The notes below the pieces were generated by a model. The model saw only the letters and a program-made list of their open reading frames with translations. It was not told the origin of the DNA and made no database searches. 64,000 bases of DNA from Alphaproteobacteria bacterium (GTDB lineage: Bacteria; Pseudomonadota; Alphaproteobacteria; Puniceispirillales; Puniceispirillaceae): contig JAYQTS010000010.1 of the NCBI GenBank assembly GCA_038147755.1, positions 6,848 through 70,847 on the forward strand, given 5' to 3'. Positions 60,927 to 64,000 of this stretch are shown in pieces; position 1 is the stretch's first letter, and every line of letters begins with the position of its first letter. A program made the position numbers and the translations under genes.

Positions 60927-61003
60927 GCTATCTTTAAAAATAATTGCCTTTTTATTGAATACAAAGCAAATAACTGCCCAAAAATGGTAAAAAAGGAACA
61001 TTA

Positions 61004-61518
61004 ATGACAAAAAGCCAACAATCAAGTTATTCTTATGATGAATTAATTTTATGTGCAAAGGGGGAATTATTTGGTCCTGAAATCCACAATTACCAATGCC
61101 CCCAATGCTTATGTGCAACAGAATTACTTCTATTTCAGATGACGGTGGTCAATTTAATAAGGGCCAAATTGAGGCTGAATTCGATATTCATCCAGACCTT
61201 TGGTTTTTTAAATGTCATTTTGAAAATGACCCAGTGATGCCAGGCTGCCTCGGCATGGATGCACTATGGCAATTAGTGGGTTTCTATTTAGGTTGGGCAG
61301 GAGGACTTGGCAGAGGGCGTGCAATCTCTGTTGGACAAGTAAAATTTTCAGGGCAAATTTTGCCAGATGCTAAGATTCTTGCGTTTAGACTCCATATGAA
61401 ACGGGTAATTTTGAGAAAACTTGTATTGGGTATAGCAGATGGTGAAGTATTGTGCGATGGAGAGTCAGTCTTCCAGGCAGAAGATATTCGTGTTGGGCTA
61501 TTCGGATCGGGAGTATAA
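61004..61518 (+). CDS. fabA: 3-hydroxydecanoyl-ACP dehydratase/isomerase, interrupted by a 1-nt frameshift at about 61084-61092
   Basis: [26 protein letters not shown], then the adjacent frame gives [16 protein letters not shown]...[36 protein letters not shown], colinear with E. coli FabA. Confidence 0.9.
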
Positions 61519-61520
61519 TT

Positions 61521-62759
61521 ATGCGGAGAGTTGTAATTACAGGTATCGGTATTGTTTCATCAATTGGAAATGATGTTGATGAAGTTACACAATCGTTAAT
61601 AAACGGTGCTTCTGGAATTATAAGTGCTCCCGATTATGCCGAACTTGGATTTAGGTCACAAGTAAAAGGGGCTGTAAAGCTAGATGTTAGTGAACATATT
61701 GACAGGAAAAAAATGAGGTTTATGGGAGACGGATCTGCCTATGCAGTTTTGTCAATGGAACAAGCAATTTTAGATTCTGGGCTGGAAGAAACAGATGTTT
61801 CTAACCCACGAACCGGCTTGATCGCTGGCTCTGGGGGGCCTTCGACGGCAAATGTTGTTATTGCCGCAGATATTACAAGAGAAAAAGGGCCAAAACGAAT
61901 TGGACCATATATGGTTCCAAGATGTATGTCGTCTACCGTATCTGCATGTATTGCTACTTTTTTTAAAATTAAAGGACTTAATTACTCTATAACTTCTGCC
62001 TGCTCAACCTCTGCACATTGTATAGCTGCGGGGACAGATTCTATTCGTTACGGAATGCAAGATATTGTTTTTGCAGGAGGCGGCGAAGAATTAGACTGGT
62101 CTTTATCTTCATTATTTGATGCAATGGGCGCAATGTCATCAAAATATAACGATACACCACATCTTGCAAGTAGAGCATATGATGCCGACAGAGATGGGTT
62201 TGTGATAGCTGGTGGTGGCGGTATGCTGGTATTAGAAGAATATGAACATGCAAAAGCGAGGGGGGCTAAAATTTATGCGGAAATTGTCGGATATGGAGCC
62301 AATTCTGATGGCTATGATATGGTTGCGCCTTCTGGAGAGGGGGCTGTAAGGTGCATGCAATTAGCCTTAAAAGGTTTTAATGGTAATGGACTGCCTGGAG
62401 ATGTCGTATATATTAATGCCCATGGTACATCTACACCAGCTGGTGATTCAAAAGAGCTTATAGCCGTTAATGAAGTGTTTGGTCCTTTAAATAAATTACC
62501 TTATTTATCGTCAACAAAATCTTTAACAGGTCACTCACTTGGTGCTACCGGCGTGCAAGAACTTATTTATACATTACTAATGATGAAAAATAATTTTATT
62601 GCTGCTTCTGCTAACATTAATACACCCGACCCAGAAATCGGAGAGTTGCCAGTAGTTACTGGACGGATAGATGATATCAATATAGACGTAGCGCTATCCA
62701 ACTCTTTTGGCTTTGGCGGAACAAATGCCACTCTTGCTGTAGCTAGAGTTGTGGAGTAG
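61521..62759 (+). CDS. fabB: 3-oxoacyl-ACP synthase I
   Basis: ATG at 61521 follows [22 protein letters not shown], active-site SACSTS, HGTSTP and GHSLGA. The ORF-track extension to 61452 overlaps fabA and is spurious. Confidence 0.9.
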   Translation: MRRVVITGIGIVSSIGNDVDEVTQSLINGASGIISAPDYAELGFRSQVKGAVKLDVSEHIDRKKMRFMGDGSAYAVLSMEQAILDSGLEETDVSNPRTGLIAGSGGPSTANVVIAADITREKGPKRIGPYMVPRCMSSTVSACIATFFKIKGLNYSITSACSTSAHCIAAGTDSIRYGMQDIVFAGGGEELDWSLSSLFDAMGAMSSKYNDTPHLASRAYDADRDGFVIAGGGGMLVLEEYEHAKARGAKIYAEIVGYGANSDGYDMVAPSGEGAVRCMQLALKGFNGNGLPGDVVYINAHGTSTPAGDSKELIAVNEVFGPLNKLPYLSSTKSLTGHSLGATGVQELIYTLLMMKNNFIAASANINTPDPEIGELPVVTGRIDDINIDVALSNSFGFGGTNATLAVARVVE

Positions 62760-62771
62760 GTTTTCAAAAAA

Positions 62772-63554
62772 ATGACTATTCTATCTGGCAAACGAGGATT
62801 AATAATGGGTGTCGCAAATGAAAATTCTGCTGCATGGGGAATAGCTAAGCAAGCCCATAACCTTGGTGCAAAATTAGCGTTTACTTATCAGATACCAGCA
62901 TTTGAGAAGCGACTTATACCATTAGCTAAAACAGTTGAAACAGACATCCTAATACCTTGTGATGTGAGCCAAAAAACATCAACAAAAACCGCAATGGAAA
63001 AATTATCAAAATATTGGACCGAGATTGATTTTGTGGTTCACGCTGTAGGGTTTTCAGATAAAAATGAATTGCGAGGTGCTTATTATAATACATCCAGAGA
63101 AAATTTTAAAAAAACAATGTTAATATCTGCATTTTCTTTTACGGAATTGGCAAAATCTTCTTTGCCAATAATGTCGAATGGTGGCTCTTTATTAACACTA
63201 AGTTATCTAGGAGGGGTAAGAACTACTCCAAATTACAATGTAATGGGTGTTGCAAAGGCTGCGCTAGAAGCATCTATTCGTTATTTGGCTGTAGATCTTG
63301 GCAAGCATAACATTAGAGTAAATGGCCTTTCCGCCGGACCAATGAAAACTCTTGCTGGCGCAGCAATTAGTGGGGCGCGCGGAATTTTTCGTCATAGTGA
63401 AAACAATGCGCCGTTAGGAAGAAATCCTGATATATATGAGGTAGGAAAAGCAGGCTGTTACTTGATTTCTGATCTTTCAAGTGGGGTGACAGGAGAAATT
63501 CATTACGTAGATGGTGGCTTTAATAACGTCGGGGTAGCAGCATCCGACGTATAA
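62772..63554 (+). CDS. fabI: Enoyl-ACP reductase (NADH), FabI type
   Basis: 260 aa. GKRGLIMGVANENS, and Y-x6-K in YNVMGVAKAALE. Confidence 0.9.
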   Translation: MTILSGKRGLIMGVANENSAAWGIAKQAHNLGAKLAFTYQIPAFEKRLIPLAKTVETDILIPCDVSQKTSTKTAMEKLSKYWTEIDFVVHAVGFSDKNELRGAYYNTSRENFKKTMLISAFSFTELAKSSLPIMSNGGSLLTLSYLGGVRTTPNYNVMGVAKAALEASIRYLAVDLGKHNIRVNGLSAGPMKTLAGAAISGARGIFRHSENNAPLGRNPDIYEVGKAGCYLISDLSSGVTGEIHYVDGGFNNVGVAASDV

Positions 63555-63654
63555 TAAATAGAAACTTTAATACTTTTCTTAATTCATAGATATATCAGGT
63601 TTTAAACTATCCCAATTTTTACCAACTCTTTTTTGAGACCTCTGATTTACAACG

Positions 63655-64000
63655 TCATTCTTCTTCCAAGGAATCAGAAACAACTTCGAGATCGGCACCT
63701 GTTTTCTGGTCAACCCGTTTCATTGATAATTTTACTTTTCCTCGATCATCAAAGCCAATAACCTTTACCTTAACGCTATCACCTTCTTTGCATACATCTG
63801 TTGTCTTTGCTACTCGCTCTTCAAGCATTTCGGAGATGTGTACAAGACCATCTTTTGGACCAAGAAAATTTACAAAAGCACCAAAATCCACCGTTTTTAC
63901 TACAGTTCCAGTGTAAATTTGACCAAGTTCTGGCTCTGCTACAATATCCTTAATTCGTCCAATTGCCTCCTCGGAAGAATCCTGGGAAGATGCTGCTATT
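63655..64000 (-). CDS. pnp: Polyribonucleotide nucleotidyltransferase, C-terminal KH/S1 region (partial, runs off window)
   Basis: The reverse frame is open to the window edge: ...[42 protein letters not shown]...[19 protein letters not shown]. Confidence 0.85.
   Translation of the reverse strand, partial: IAASSQDSSEEAIGRIKDIVAEPELGQIYTGTVVKTVDFGAFVNFLGPKDGLVHISEMLEERVAKTTDVCKEGDSVKVKVIGFDDRGKVKLSMKRVDQKTGADLEVVSDSLEEE

Overview
This is an AT-rich, very tightly packed stretch of core chromosome with many 1-4 nt gene overlaps. It most resembles a streamlined alphaproteobacterium: it has a RegB/RegA pair with the GGxxNPF quinone motif, rpsT-dnaA synteny, fabA-fabB-fabI and a COG3807-type SH3 protein. 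Contents from left to right:
- typA (5' end only).
- A pyrimidine/nucleoside salvage block: pncA, tdk, upp, and a roughly 8.5 kb same-strand run pyrE-rbsK-nucleoside hydrolase-2OG oxygenase-BMP-type nucleoside ABC transporter-cdd.
- A potFGHI-like polyamine transporter, then pyrC.
- A DadA-family oxidoreductase behind a tandem glycine riboswitch.
- H+-pyrophosphatase, an FAD monooxygenase and glutathione peroxidase.
- A polar amino acid/opine-type ABC transporter followed by an AstE/aspartoacylase-family deacylase.
- trhO, rpe, a lone SF2 helicase, XdhC-like genes and an MFS transporter.
- A decayed glycosyltransferase, an orphan FbpB-type permease, ppk1-ppx and a second glycosyltransferase.
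- Three tandem EamA transporters.
- regA/regB fused onto the replication cluster gyrB-recF-dnaN-dnaA.
- rpsT, mutM, ubiE-ubiB, coaBC-dut, moeB/thiF-like, a 2-hydroxyacid dehydrogenase, fabA-fabB-fabI and the 3' end of pnp.

I saw no rRNA, tRNA, CRISPR array, transposase, integrase, prophage or recognisable defence island. I could not identify a convincing complete novel system.

The observations most worth a second look:
1. An unassigned 2OG/Fe(II) oxygenase embedded in the nucleoside operon.
2. A glycine riboswitch driving a DadA-like oxidase.
3. A Cro/YdaS-like HTH fused to CoaBC.
4. A heptamer tandem repeat in the helicase promoter.
5. A GANTC cluster upstream of dnaA.
6. A striking series of single-base frameshifts, mostly at homopolymers, that split at least eleven genes, including gyrB, dnaN, rpsT and fabA. 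These are most likely assembly errors and should temper all fine-scale interpretation.
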